DNA of 64,000 nucleotides from Nitrososphaeraceae archaeon (GCA_035250975.1 DATFEP010000047.1:1-64000); one strand, 5' to 3'; shown: positions 33,929-44,602, numbered from the stretch's first letter. Notes: generated from the sequence alone by a model not told the origin. Numbers and translations are program-made.

Positions 33929-35500
33929 TCAAATCAATTGTATAAATTTGGCTTTTGATGGTGTTTCGTCTTTATTTAAAATAAATAACATATAATATCC
34001 AGGTGGTGCAACATTTGAATTATTTTCCATCTTCACAGTAAGTTCATTCTTTTTTGTATCTATTATTTCAAGCTCTATACATCTCTGATCTGTATTAAGT
34101 GAATGAGTAACCGAACTAGGTCGTATTATAGTAACTAAAGTAATTTCTTCTGCCTGATCTGATTCTATTAACATATCTTTGCCATAATTTACTTGCTTTG
34201 TGACATTTTTTATAATTGGACGAGATAATCCTGAAATATTATCCTCCATCAAATAAGGTGGTGTGAATACTTCAATCCTGTATTCATCATGTTCTCTATC
34301 TTCATTCCATTCTTTGTCCGTACCGCTTGTCATAATGGTACCATCAGCAAGAAGTAATGCATTTGCATGATACAACCTAGGTACTTTCATTTCATTTAAT
34401 TGTGTCCATGACTCATTTTCAGGATCATAAAGGTCGGCAGTTAAAACTGGATCTTTTCCTGCATCCGATTTTCCTTTCTCAGTCCCATTTACAACTAAAA
34501 CTTTCTTATTCGGGAGTAACACTGCATCAGGCATTACCCTTGTAAAATTCATTTTTGCTGTATATTGCCACTGAGGAGTTTCTGATTTTAAATCTTGGTT
34601 AGCATGTATTTTTATTATTTCACAAGTATCTGTTGCACGAGTATCGATATCTGGATCATCTGACTTTCCACCTCCACCGATTAACATTATTTTAGCTTCC
34701 AAAGAATTAAGATTGAAAGGAAGAATAACGCTTGTTCCTTGTACTGGATTGGTTCTGGAATATTCATAGTTTGTATGTATTTCCAGTATTTTATTTGTAG
34801 ATTTAGATTTTACCCACAAATTATTTTTAACATCATAAAATCTGGTTGTTCGCTCTGAATGAACAAAAATATGTCCGTTTGGCAACAAATATAAAAATGG
34901 ATATAATCCTAACCTAAATGGAATCTTTTGTATCTTTTTTAGTCCTGTTTTTTTATTGTAAATTTCTAATCTGTTATTTACAAAATTAAATGGTCCGACT
35001 TTTTTAACTCCATATATTCCATAACTACCAGAAACAATTACAATACTTCCATCAAAAACAGAAACGCATGATGGATACCATCTGGCTAAAAAAGAACGTT
35101 TCGTTAATTTCCATTCATCGTTATCAACTGAAAATGTATGTGTACATATACTTGGTGGATCAACTAATAAAATAGGATTATGAATTGTTTGATATTGACC
35201 TCCAGAAACAAATAAGTCTCCATCATCTAAAAAACAATGACCACCACAAAATACGTTCTTTTTAATTCTTTTTGGCTCTTCTCCTGTCCAATTTTCTACA
35301 TCTATAATTTCATATACACCATAGTGTGACGCACTTCCAAAGAGACTATGGGGGTGCTCTTTACCATTATGATCATGCTCTTCCTTACTTGGATACGAAA
35401 AAAGAATGATTTTGCCATTGTTTAATAAAGCAGCATGTATTCCTACAATTCGAGAATGATACTTTACATTCCACTCTCCATTACTTTTCGATACAGACAA
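33929..35500 (-). CDS. Copper radical oxidase (galactose/glyoxal oxidase-like, AA5/GlxA type) with C-terminal Ig-like (DUF1929-type) domain
   Basis: FCGGH (Cys), RWYPS and LYPF (Tyr), PRLYHANALLLADG (Tyr-His), SVTHS (His), APPGYYMLF. Confidence 0.92.
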   Translation of the reverse strand: MSVSKSNGEWNVKYHSRIVGIHAALLNNGKIILFSYPSKEEHDHNGKEHPHSLFGSASHYGVYEIIDVENWTGEEPKRIKKNVFCGGHCFLDDGDLFVSGGQYQTIHNPILLVDPPSICTHTFSVDNDEWKLTKRSFLARWYPSCVSVFDGSIVIVSGSYGIYGVKKVGPFNFVNNRLEIYNKKTGLKKIQKIPFRLGLYPFLYLLPNGHIFVHSERTTRFYDVKNNLWVKSKSTNKILEIHTNYEYSRTNPVQGTSVILPFNLNSLEAKIMLIGGGGKSDDPDIDTRATDTCEIIKIHANQDLKSETPQWQYTAKMNFTRVMPDAVLLPNKKVLVVNGTEKGKSDAGKDPVLTADLYDPENESWTQLNEMKVPRLYHANALLLADGTIMTSGTDKEWNEDREHDEYRIEVFTPPYLMEDNISGLSRPIIKNVTKQVNYGKDMLIESDQAEEITLVTIIRPSSVTHSLNTDQRCIELEIIDTKKNELTVKMENNSNVAPPGYYMLFILNKDETPSKAKFIQLI

Positions 35501-35550
35501 CTATAAAATAATTCATTTATAGTATTTCAATTTATTTCTCTATTTCTGTA

Positions 35551-35568
35551 TTTTTCGGCGCCGAAATA
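35551..35568. repeat. CGGCGCCG-family palindrome in a divergent promoter region
   Basis: tttttcggcgccgaaata, between the copper radical oxidase and GMC genes. Confidence 0.8.
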
Positions 35569-35660
35569 AAGTAAAGTATATACTTTATAATTCAAATAAA
35601 ATTCATATTATCTTATATTTTGACCAAATTATTTTTATATTATTACAAATCAAATTATTC

Positions 35661-38189
35661 ATGTCCTTTGAACTTAAAGGAACTCTAACTGATTCTACTG
35701 GAAACGCTATACCAAATCATACAATAAAAGCATTTGATAAGGATCCGCTAATCGATCTTTTAGGCGATGACCCTTTAGGAAGTTCTGTTACTCTTGATGA
35801 TGGCTCGTTTAAAATAACTTTTTCAAAGGAAGATTTTAAAAAACCTGCTGAATTTTGGGAATCAGTAACCAATGAACCTGAGTTATATCTAAAAATTTTT
35901 GATATAGATGGAAAGATAATACATCAAACAGGAATAATGAGCGATCCATTTTCACCATATGTTGATCCTGCTGATATTAATCAATGTGAGGCTGTGGTTG
36001 TAGGCTCTGGATTTGGAGGTACCATTGTCTCTTTATCATTGGTAAATAAATTCGTAAGTGATGCTACAGCTCCCGGTTCAGAAAAAAAGAAAGTTGTTAT
36101 ATTAGAACGTGGACAATGGTGGGTTAGTCACGAATTACCATTAAGCCCAGGTTCACATGAATTTGAAAAAAAAGGTAAACTAGGAAAGGGAATAAGAGAA
36201 TTCTTGGAGACAAATGATATGCCTTATAGAACATGGCCTTATCCAGATAATCTAAATGGATTATCACAATTTCTTAAAACTGTTCGTGTAATAGATAGAA
36301 GAGGATTATATGACTATAGAATATCTAATAAAATTCATACACTTGCTGCAAGTGGCGTTGGCGGTGGTTCCTTAGTTTATACAAATGTTACCGAGAAACC
36401 TCACGATAGCGTCCTCGATTCCTGGGATAGTGATCTAGATCTTGGAATAAATGCATCCAACTTGTCACAATATTTTGATATGGCACGAGGTTTTATTGGC
36501 GTAAATAAGATTGCAACTACAACATCGATTGGTGATATTAAACTTCCAAAGTCAAAGGTATTTCAGGAGGCTGCAGAAAAAATAAGACAACAATCTCCAG
36601 GTATTGTTACCAATAAATCTTCTTTTGACACTTCTGATCCTGGCCAAAATCCTTCTGATTATGAAGAAGATATTTATGCAGTAGATCTTTCTATTACAGA
36701 CATTCCCTATAGAAAAGATGAAGATACTTTATTTAAAAAATCGCCTTTACTTTTAGACACATCCGGAAAATATTCATTTTCAACCATATTAGATGCAATT
36801 GATGGAGATCCACCAAATCCAGATCCAGCAATGACGAAACTCTTAAGGGAAAAATTAGCAAATTTATTAAGAAAACATTTTCCAGAAACAAATGCATGTC
36901 AACGTCAGGGAAGATGTGCATTGGGATGTATTCCAGGTGCAAGACATACAAATAATAAAAAGCTATTTGATTATCTGAAAGATGATAAAAAGAAAGAGCA
37001 TCTTCTAGTACGTGCCTTATGTGAAGTTTATGATATAGAACCATTAGCACCAGGTGCTTTCAAATATAGAGTTTATTACAATGATTATGGTGCTAGAGAT
37101 AAAAAAGAAGAAAATTTTGACTGGAATGATGGTCCGAACTCGTACAAACTTTCAATACGGTTATTTAGATTAGTTGATGGTGGAAGGAAAAAAACAATTG
37201 AGTGTAAAAAATTGATTCTTGCTGCTGGATCTATAGGAAGTACAGAAATTTTGTTAAAGTCAATAAATACCACTAGACAGAATGGTCAGAAACTCGAATT
37301 AAGTGATAGACTTGGTAAGGGTTATTCAACGAATGGAGATTTATTGGGAGTAATAAATCCTACCAAGACAGACATTTATGCTACACGAGGTCCAATAGTC
37401 ACATCGGCAATAAAATTTAACGAAGGGTCAGGATTTGTTTATACTATAGAGGACAGTAATATTCCTAAGATGTTTGCAGGTGTATCAAAATTATTATCAA
37501 AGTCAAGTTCATTCAGAAAACTTCTTGGCTATGTAGGCAAAGGAGGAGTACAAGATATAATATCCATGATTACTCAAAATCCAGCTGGAATTCCTCTACC
37601 AAACATTGATTTTTCATTACAAATTTCTGAACAAGATCTTTCAAAGACTTTACTCCTTGCTGGAATGGGTACAGATACATCGGATGGTACAATAAAACTT
37701 CAAGAGTCATGGAAGAACAATCCAAACAGAGACATGAATGCATTGAATGTTTTAGACGTCAATTTTGACATGAATAAACTGGTACCATTGTTTAACAAAA
37801 TGAGAAATTCAATGGAGAAAATAGCAAGAGAAATAGGTGAAAAGGGTTTAGCAAGTTTTTCAACTCCATTATGGAATCCTTCTAACACAAATGAAAACTT
37901 GACTGTTGTTTTGCATAATTTAGGGGGTTGCTCAATGGGCAAGGATAGGAATAACGGAGTTGTTAATACTTTCGGCCAGGTCTATAAAGGAAATGGTTTA
38001 ACAATAACAGAAACGTATGATGATTTTCATGTTGTTGATGGTGGTATAGTTCCGTCATCTATTGGAGTCAATTCTTCTTTAACAATTTCCGCGTTGGCAT
38101 TTAGAATAGCAGAAAATCTTGTTGGTCATTCACATCTTCCTATAGAAGAGGTACCATTAGGAACAAAAACATTATACTTTCCTAAATAA
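35661..38189 (+). CDS. GMC oxidoreductase (cholesterol oxidase-like) with an N-terminal transthyretin-like domain
   Basis: VVVGSGFGG FAD site, ILERG, GVGGGSLVY, CQRQGRCALGC, LAAGSIGS, HNLGGC, VVDGG..P..GVNSSLTI. Confidence 0.9.
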   Translation: MSFELKGTLTDSTGNAIPNHTIKAFDKDPLIDLLGDDPLGSSVTLDDGSFKITFSKEDFKKPAEFWESVTNEPELYLKIFDIDGKIIHQTGIMSDPFSPYVDPADINQCEAVVVGSGFGGTIVSLSLVNKFVSDATAPGSEKKKVVILERGQWWVSHELPLSPGSHEFEKKGKLGKGIREFLETNDMPYRTWPYPDNLNGLSQFLKTVRVIDRRGLYDYRISNKIHTLAASGVGGGSLVYTNVTEKPHDSVLDSWDSDLDLGINASNLSQYFDMARGFIGVNKIATTTSIGDIKLPKSKVFQEAAEKIRQQSPGIVTNKSSFDTSDPGQNPSDYEEDIYAVDLSITDIPYRKDEDTLFKKSPLLLDTSGKYSFSTILDAIDGDPPNPDPAMTKLLREKLANLLRKHFPETNACQRQGRCALGCIPGARHTNNKKLFDYLKDDKKKEHLLVRALCEVYDIEPLAPGAFKYRVYYNDYGARDKKEENFDWNDGPNSYKLSIRLFRLVDGGRKKTIECKKLILAAGSIGSTEILLKSINTTRQNGQKLELSDRLGKGYSTNGDLLGVINPTKTDIYATRGPIVTSAIKFNEGSGFVYTIEDSNIPKMFAGVSKLLSKSSSFRKLLGYVGKGGVQDIISMITQNPAGIPLPNIDFSLQISEQDLSKTLLLAGMGTDTSDGTIKLQESWKNNPNRDMNALNVLDVNFDMNKLVPLFNKMRNSMEKIAREIGEKGLASFSTPLWNPSNTNENLTVVLHNLGGCSMGKDRNNGVVNTFGQVYKGNGLTITETYDDFHVVDGGIVPSSIGVNSSLTISALAFRIAENLVGHSHLPIEEVPLGTKTLYFPK

Positions 38190-38340
38190 ATTGTTTCCGT
38201 ACTAAATTCTTGAACAACACTAAAATTTTACAAGTTTTTCAAAATGACAAAAATACTTTTCTATCATCTGTACAGTTCTCAATCTTGTAAAATTATATAA
38301 TTTTCAGGCTGTGGAATACAACTTTACGATGTTTTATATC

Positions 38341-38431
38341 ATACATCCCTATGTACATTGTTTTGAATTAGGTCAAACAGAAAACCCGAAAGCGTACGCG
38401 TTGGGTGTAATCTGTTGTACACAGGATGTAT
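38341..38431. other. Candidate structured element (nested stem-loop)
   Basis: atacatccctatgtaca pairs with tgtacacaggatgtat; internal arms tttga/tcaaa, aacaga/tctgtt and accc/gggt. Confidence 0.45.
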
Positions 38432-38723
38432 TAGGAAATCAGCCAGCGAAGATCTGAAGTCTAGCTTGTACACTGACTCCTTCTCCGGTTCTTTTGGATA
38501 GACGTTTTACTTGATATTCTTATATTATAATTCTATTTTTGTGAATTGAATGAAATTAGTAGCTTCATACTAGTAATGAACCAGAGAGTTGTGTTTTTCT
38601 AGATAATGTATGGTAATTTATCTAATGAATCGATAAAATATTATGCTTGAAAAATGATATCTTAACTTTCTAATACATATCTAATATTATATTGTATGTA
38701 TATATGATTTATGTTTGGATTTT

Positions 38724-38759
38724 TTTGACCTATTTGACCTATTATTTGACCTATTTGAC
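38724..38759 (+). repeat. TTTGACCTA tandem array (3 full copies and 1 partial)
   Basis: tttgaccta tttgaccta tta tttgaccta tttgac, immediately upstream of an HTH gene. Confidence 0.85.
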
Positions 38760-38794
38760 GCAAGCCATATATAGTTCATACCCACAAATACACC

Positions 38795-40360
38795 ATACCA
38801 GCTACAATACCCAACAAAATTCGAATAAGCGTTATTCGTGAATGGCTAAAAGGAAGGTTCAGAAATGAAATAGCAATTGAACACAACATCAGTACTGGTG
38901 CAGTTTCAAATATTGTTGCAGAATGGCGCAATGATCTAGGAAGTTATGAGGCTGATAGTCTTCGCGAATTAGCATTAGCTTTAAAAAATCTGAAACTCTC
39001 TCCAGACCAGTGTGCAGTGGGTTTTAGAACCGCTAGGATGATGTTAAAATCCGGAGTACATGAGGATGACTTTAACCAGTTTATGAACGAGGTTTATGCA
39101 AAATGTGAATTACTAGAAATTTCACCTGATGAAATTACCCTTTATTTAAATGAATTAGTAAAAATGTCAAAAATTGTGTTTCCCTCGCAGATTCCTGACT
39201 ACCTTGAAAAGAAAAGAGAAGAAATACAAAAAATAGAACAACAATTAAAGGAAAAAAATCAAAATTTAATTTCTCTTAACGATGAAACAACGGCAGCTGA
39301 GAACCGTCTAAATAAGACGCTAGAAAATGAAAATATCTCATCAGAAACAATTGAATGGAACTATAGAACAAAAAAAGAACTTGAAAATAATGGAATACCA
39401 GTCAACGAGTTGGATTTATTTATACAGTGCGTCAAGGGTATAAAAAACCTTAATTATGATGTTAGAAAAGTTTTAGCTAAATATTCCGAATACGAATATT
39501 TTGTTGATTTAATTGAATCACAAAAGCACATACACGAAAAAATGAAAAAGGATATTGCAGCTGCAGAATTTCAATTAGCACAGTTGAATCCACGTATAAA
39601 TGACAAAAGATTAAAGCTCTCCAAAATCTTCCAACTAGAAAAGATGGGATTTGGTCTTGAACAATTAAGATATTTACATAATACAATAAAAGAAATTGCA
39701 AAAGAAAATGACATAGGGACTGATACTGCAGTAGAAAAGTTTTTCAATGACCTTGATGACTACGAAGAAATTGCTGGTTTTCAGAATAAATTGAAACAGC
39801 AAAGAGAAGAGAGTAACAAGTTGAATATACAAATAGCTACAGCAAGATCTATTTTATTAGCTCATCAGTATATTGGACCAGTTTTACAAAATCTATTAGC
39901 AAAAGGAATTACAGAAAACGACATAATCAATATTAACGCAATCTTGTCATTAATAGAACCTGATTATTTTAATAGAAATCTGCACAAACAGCAGTTAATT
40001 GAGGATCTTGAAAATTATAAAAACTTGAAAAAATTAATACAATCTCTAGAACAACATAAAATAAATTTAGAAAAGAATAATTTTATTCTAGAAAACCACA
40101 AACAGCAATTGGAAAATTTTATAAACTTATACCTTCTTTTTTTGTTATCATTTTTAGGGGACATCAAGTCTTCGTTGAACAGAAAGTTACATTTTGAAAA
40201 TCTGCACCAGATATTTTTAGTATGTATACTGAATCTTGCAAAAGATGCCAAATTTTCGTCTAGTGATGAAAAAAAAGAAGATCGAGAAGATCGAGAAAAT
40301 GAAAACGATCACTCAGAAAATGATAATCATCGTAAAAGAAATGAAGGAAAATCGAAATAA
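38795..40360 (+). CDS. N-terminal HTH plus long coiled-coil protein (ATA at the expected start)
   Basis: The frame is open upstream of track start 39017: (I)PATIPNKIRISVIREWLKGRFRNEIAIEHNISTGAVSNIVAEW (HTH-like); the remainder is coiled-coil. Confidence 0.7.
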   Translation: MPATIPNKIRISVIREWLKGRFRNEIAIEHNISTGAVSNIVAEWRNDLGSYEADSLRELALALKNLKLSPDQCAVGFRTARMMLKSGVHEDDFNQFMNEVYAKCELLEISPDEITLYLNELVKMSKIVFPSQIPDYLEKKREEIQKIEQQLKEKNQNLISLNDETTAAENRLNKTLENENISSETIEWNYRTKKELENNGIPVNELDLFIQCVKGIKNLNYDVRKVLAKYSEYEYFVDLIESQKHIHEKMKKDIAAAEFQLAQLNPRINDKRLKLSKIFQLEKMGFGLEQLRYLHNTIKEIAKENDIGTDTAVEKFFNDLDDYEEIAGFQNKLKQQREESNKLNIQIATARSILLAHQYIGPVLQNLLAKGITENDIININAILSLIEPDYFNRNLHKQQLIEDLENYKNLKKLIQSLEQHKINLEKNNFILENHKQQLENFINLYLLFLLSFLGDIKSSLNRKLHFENLHQIFLVCILNLAKDAKFSSSDEKKEDREDRENENDHSENDNHRKRNEGKSK

Positions 40361-40627
40361 AATTTTCACTGCCAAAAACGTTTGATCTTGAATTTGGTAT
40401 AGAAATAAATATAAATATGTTGATTCTGTTATATGGATCTAAAACTATTCAGATTTTACTTGAAATCAACTATAATCTAATTTATGCTTTATTTACTTAA
40501 AGAAAAGAAAACGATGTTGTTTTATTTCCATATATATAAATTTATATATATTAAATGAAATGGATTGTTGGTAACAAACGATTTTTAATGCAATTTCTAG
40601 TTGCCTTAATTCTTTGTTATTATATTA

Positions 40628-41938
40628 CTATTTGAATATACACGATCCTGGAAATGGTTTTTCTATTCGAGGAATGTAAAATATACCACAAGCTTGAACA
40701 TGTAACAATTTATCAATTCCTTTGAATTGGGAGTTTCCACCAAAAGATGTATTTCCCATCCAATTAGGATCGGTTAGTATAAAGAGCAGTCGGGCTGGGT
40801 CATTCTGAAAGCTTATGAAATTTAGTCCTACCTTAAGAAATTTTTTACATGAATAGTTTGATTCAATGAAATCAAACCCCTGCCTATAAATACGTCTAGA
40901 AGGTACTAATTTACTGTTAATTTTATCAAAATGTCGTGTTCTTCCTATGTGACTTTCATTAAGAACTTTAAAAGATTTATTTATATCTATTTTATTCATA
41001 ATCTCCTTTGATAATAATTGAGGAGCTTTGAAAAAATCTGGATGATCATGGTATCCCGTATTATATACTGTAACTTTTTGAGCAGTAGGAAATTTTTTTG
41101 AGATTATAGGATTATTATTTTTATCAACGCCAATTAGTGGACGACCATCTAATTTTTCTCTTCCAATAATTAATTCTTGTTTAGATCTATTAATGGAATC
41201 CCAAAGATCCAAATCGATCTCAATTCTAAGAAAAGCCATATAAGTTCCATTTTCTGTCCAAAAATCTCTAGGCAATAATTCATTGTTTTCTTTATGAATC
41301 GCTATCACATTTCTTCGTTCTTTTCCACGTCTCATATTTGAAACTTCATCATGAAACCCTAACCAACTGCGACCATCGTCTCTCTGAAAACCCGTAAAAA
41401 ATTTTGAAAAAATTAATGGGTTTTTTGGTAACGCATTGTGTCTTAGGTTCTTACACGTTTCCACTAGGGCACGATATACAGCCAATTGTTTGTTTGCAAC
41501 AAATTGAACAAATATATCTTCATCCAGCCCTAAATTTTCGTGAATATCTTTAGAATAAGATAGATGTGAACCTTCAAGTATATATCCACCACCATTTTTT
41601 TTTGGAGGACAAAATTGACTGTTATTAAAATCCCTTGGAATCGATTTTTTTATGTCATTTAATTTGAAAATGTTCTGACCAAAGCCTAATGTCACTGAAA
41701 GAGAACCGTGTGGAACTCTTTGGTCTGGTAAATCTTTAATAATCCCCTTTTTCAAATTTTGATACATTAACCATAGATTTTCTAATGATTGAAAAACTTG
41801 ATCTATAGTTGATTTTTTTCTTATTTTGAAAAATAAAATAGCAAAAGTGTGATTATAAGTATCTTTATTATTTCTAAATGACTTGGAATTAAATATATTA
41901 TTATTATAAAATATACCATCTTGAAGTTTTCTACCCAT
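40628..41938 (-). CDS. DyP-type heme peroxidase
   Basis: LSVTLGFG, WLGFHDEVSN (distal Asp), NGTYMAF, QELIIGR, SHIGR (proximal His), IYRQG (distal Arg), GLNFISFQ. Confidence 0.85.
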   Translation of the reverse strand: MGRKLQDGIFYNNNIFNSKSFRNNKDTYNHTFAILFFKIRKKSTIDQVFQSLENLWLMYQNLKKGIIKDLPDQRVPHGSLSVTLGFGQNIFKLNDIKKSIPRDFNNSQFCPPKKNGGGYILEGSHLSYSKDIHENLGLDEDIFVQFVANKQLAVYRALVETCKNLRHNALPKNPLIFSKFFTGFQRDDGRSWLGFHDEVSNMRRGKERRNVIAIHKENNELLPRDFWTENGTYMAFLRIEIDLDLWDSINRSKQELIIGREKLDGRPLIGVDKNNNPIISKKFPTAQKVTVYNTGYHDHPDFFKAPQLLSKEIMNKIDINKSFKVLNESHIGRTRHFDKINSKLVPSRRIYRQGFDFIESNYSCKKFLKVGLNFISFQNDPARLLFILTDPNWMGNTSFGGNSQFKGIDKLLHVQACGIFYIPRIEKPFPGSCIFK

Positions 41939-42122
41939 AAGTTACTGATTTATCTGGAAATTATTATTCTTAATAAATTTTTACTCTATTTATGTGAATA
42001 TAGAAGCTAACTATGATACCATATTTTTTCTTCTACAACGTAATAATGATTATATAAAAATAGTTTTAAATGTAAATATTTAGCAGAAAACCTTTAAGCT
42101 TTCAACTAGTTTATTAAAGATC

Positions 42123-42818
42123 ATGAAATTGGACATTGTTCATCCCACAGAAAATTTTAGAGGTATGTCTTATGGTGATTGGATAGCAGCTTGGCATCAA
42201 TGGTTATTATCTGATAATCCTAGCTATAATGGTGAGAATATTCTATTCCTTAGAGGAAATGTTGATTATAGACCGTTTGGTGGTAAGGAAGATGGTCCAA
42301 GGTATTTAGATCCCAAAGCTGTATATGATAGAACACAAGACAAGGGAGAGACGATTGATGAATCTACTGCAGTACTTGTTGCAATTCTTACATCGCAATA
42401 TCACATAGGAGATTTTTATAATGGAAGAAAAATAACTAGTATCCCTTATCTTCGATACGTTGCAAATAAAGACACGGATGGTAGTTCAATATGGGCTACG
42501 ATCACGAAAAAAGGCAATAATACTACTAAGATAGTTTCGGATCTTAAAGAATATAGATTTGAATCCCCTCTTTATTCACTTTCAGTCCCTAAAAATAGTA
42601 AATTAAGAACAAAAATAGATTATCCACCGAAACCAGGAAATTATCTTGCAATAACTGTGGGCTATTTTGTATTAATAAAATCTCTCAGTATGGGAACATA
42701 TAGAATTAAATTTGGAGGGAGTAATGTTAATGCCTACCACACAAATTCAGTATATGATATATACGTTGAAAAAAAAAGAAAGGATAATGTTATTGATAAA
42801 TCAGGCAATCTAAAATAA
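42123..42818 (+). CDS. Uncharacterised family paralog 1 (SYGxW..W / GYxVxxKPL.PG.H family)
   Basis: GMSYGDWIAAWHQWLLS...VGYFVLIKSLSMGTYRIKFGG...SVYDIYV. Confidence 0.8.
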   Translation: MKLDIVHPTENFRGMSYGDWIAAWHQWLLSDNPSYNGENILFLRGNVDYRPFGGKEDGPRYLDPKAVYDRTQDKGETIDESTAVLVAILTSQYHIGDFYNGRKITSIPYLRYVANKDTDGSSIWATITKKGNNTTKIVSDLKEYRFESPLYSLSVPKNSKLRTKIDYPPKPGNYLAITVGYFVLIKSLSMGTYRIKFGGSNVNAYHTNSVYDIYVEKKRKDNVIDKSGNLK

Positions 42819-42859
42819 CTATAATATTAAAAGATTTAATGAGTATAAGTAGCTAGTTA

Positions 42860-43015
42860 TAATTGTTATAGGTACTTATTGATCCATCAAAATGAGCATC
42901 TTGAGGAAATTTGAGCTCAAACGCATTGGTAACAAAATTTGTATATACATATGTAGACAACTTTATCACCAGCTAATTTTACAGATAAATGAATAACACT
43001 TTCCTGATCCTCGGT
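42860..43015 (-). pseudogene. Fragment of a further paralog of the same family
   Basis: EDQESVIHLSVKLAGDKV..(frameshift)..FVTNAFELKFPQDAHFDG resembles KDQAGIV..LSLELDG..FTVNFPPQDAIFN in paralog 2. Confidence 0.5.
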
Positions 43016-43116
43016 TGATAATTCTTTAATTTACGAATTGATTGATTTTATGTTTTCTATTCTACATAATACAATGGATTTATTATTCTAACTCACAACC
43101 ATAAAAAAAAGTAAGG

Positions 43117-43755
43117 TTATCGAACATTGATATTATATGTTATATCTTCACTAAAATCATTTTCAACTGCAGGTCCCTCAACATCTAGCTTTCCACGATG
43201 TTTTACAGTATGTTTTCCTGGGGAAAGTGGTTCTGTCCATACATATCTACCTGCTGCAACAGCATTACATGGACCTGACCTATTATTAGTATTGAAAATA
43301 GCATCTTGTGGAGGGAAGTTAACTGTGAATTGACCTATGTCATTAGGATTAATGTTATATCTATTAAGTTCATTAATGTCGATCGAGGAACCATCTAGCT
43401 CAAGACTTAAAGAGGAGGGAACTATACCGGCTTGATCTTTATTAGCTTCTCCAACTAAGGGACTAGACGTTTCAAATTCTGAAACTTCTACTGGGACTAC
43501 AGGTATAAACAGCCCTTTACCGCTGGGAACTTCAATATCTCTTGTTACTGCTGTTTGGGGATCCACAGAAGAACTTAACATATACAAATCTGCATTAACG
43601 CTCTTATTAAAAGAGTCATCTTTGCTTCCGGTATTCTGCCAAGCAGGATTTTGACTCTTAGGTGTCTGACATAGAGCTTGCCAATATATTTTGGCAAATT
43701 CTTTTAATGTTTTACCATTTACAGTTCCATCTGATGGAATAATTTTTATAGCCAT
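43117..43755 (-). CDS. Uncharacterised family paralog 2
   Basis: GKTLKEFAKIYWQALCQTPKSQNP...VPSGKGLFIPV...AAGRYVWTEPLSPGKHTV...DITYNINV. Confidence 0.8.
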   Translation of the reverse strand: MAIKIIPSDGTVNGKTLKEFAKIYWQALCQTPKSQNPAWQNTGSKDDSFNKSVNADLYMLSSSVDPQTAVTRDIEVPSGKGLFIPVVPVEVSEFETSSPLVGEANKDQAGIVPSSLSLELDGSSIDINELNRYNINPNDIGQFTVNFPPQDAIFNTNNRSGPCNAVAAGRYVWTEPLSPGKHTVKHRGKLDVEGPAVENDFSEDITYNINVR

Positions 43756-44602
43756 GTCTATTATTTTATAAAGATATTAATAAATATTGTTGTAAAATTT
43801 ATAAAATGAACAAAAATACGGTTATTTTACCAAAAATTTCCTTCAGCTGGTAAATGTGTACTATTATAGATGCTTTCGCAATAGACAAGTTTAAAGCTTT
43901 ATTCCTCTTTTTACATAATAATTTCTGAAAATTACTAAATTATATAGTTTATCCAAAAAACAAATTATTGTTTAGATTCTTTACTGAATTAGAATTATCT
44001 GAATTTAATAATTTGTAATGGAATATAATAAAATTATCCAAAATATGAGATAAAATACCAATCAGAAAGAAAGGAGGGAACAAGAAATGTAGAAGCTAGT
44101 CGACATTATAGACATACAATAAGAGACATATTTCTCTATTTTACACTCTTACAAGTACCTATGTGGTATATTGTCCAATCAGTATGTTATTACAGATACT
44201 ATAGTCTTATCATTATTTTGTTTATTGTAGAACACGATTAAATATCTCTTTTCTATATTTACCGCCAGTTTTCCAAATAAGTACATCCTCATATCCTGAT
44301 GGTATAAAACTAAACCAACGCAGGTTCTTTATAACAAGAATGTAATTTATTCACAGTTCTATTTACTAACTGCAACATATATCGATATTTTTGTTAAATT
44401 GGTTTGAAATCAATGCTATCGTATGTACTGGTTTTCTAAACTTTAGAAAATGGACTATTTAATTAGAACATATGCTCAATGATTTTACAAATCTTTTTAC
44501 CCGTTTTGTTATTTTAGATTATATCATTATAATTTCATCCCTAAATTATAAATGTCTATCAATGTTTGAATATTTTTGTAATAAATGGGTTGTTGATTAG
44601 TA

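Noticed and set aside
40628-40700. DyP as encapsulin cargo
   Set aside because: No GSLxIGSL-like C-terminal targeting peptide and no encapsulin gene in the window
44240-44330. Possible GNAT acetyltransferase fragment (YLFGKLAVNIEKR, minus strand)
   Set aside because: Too short and degenerate to support
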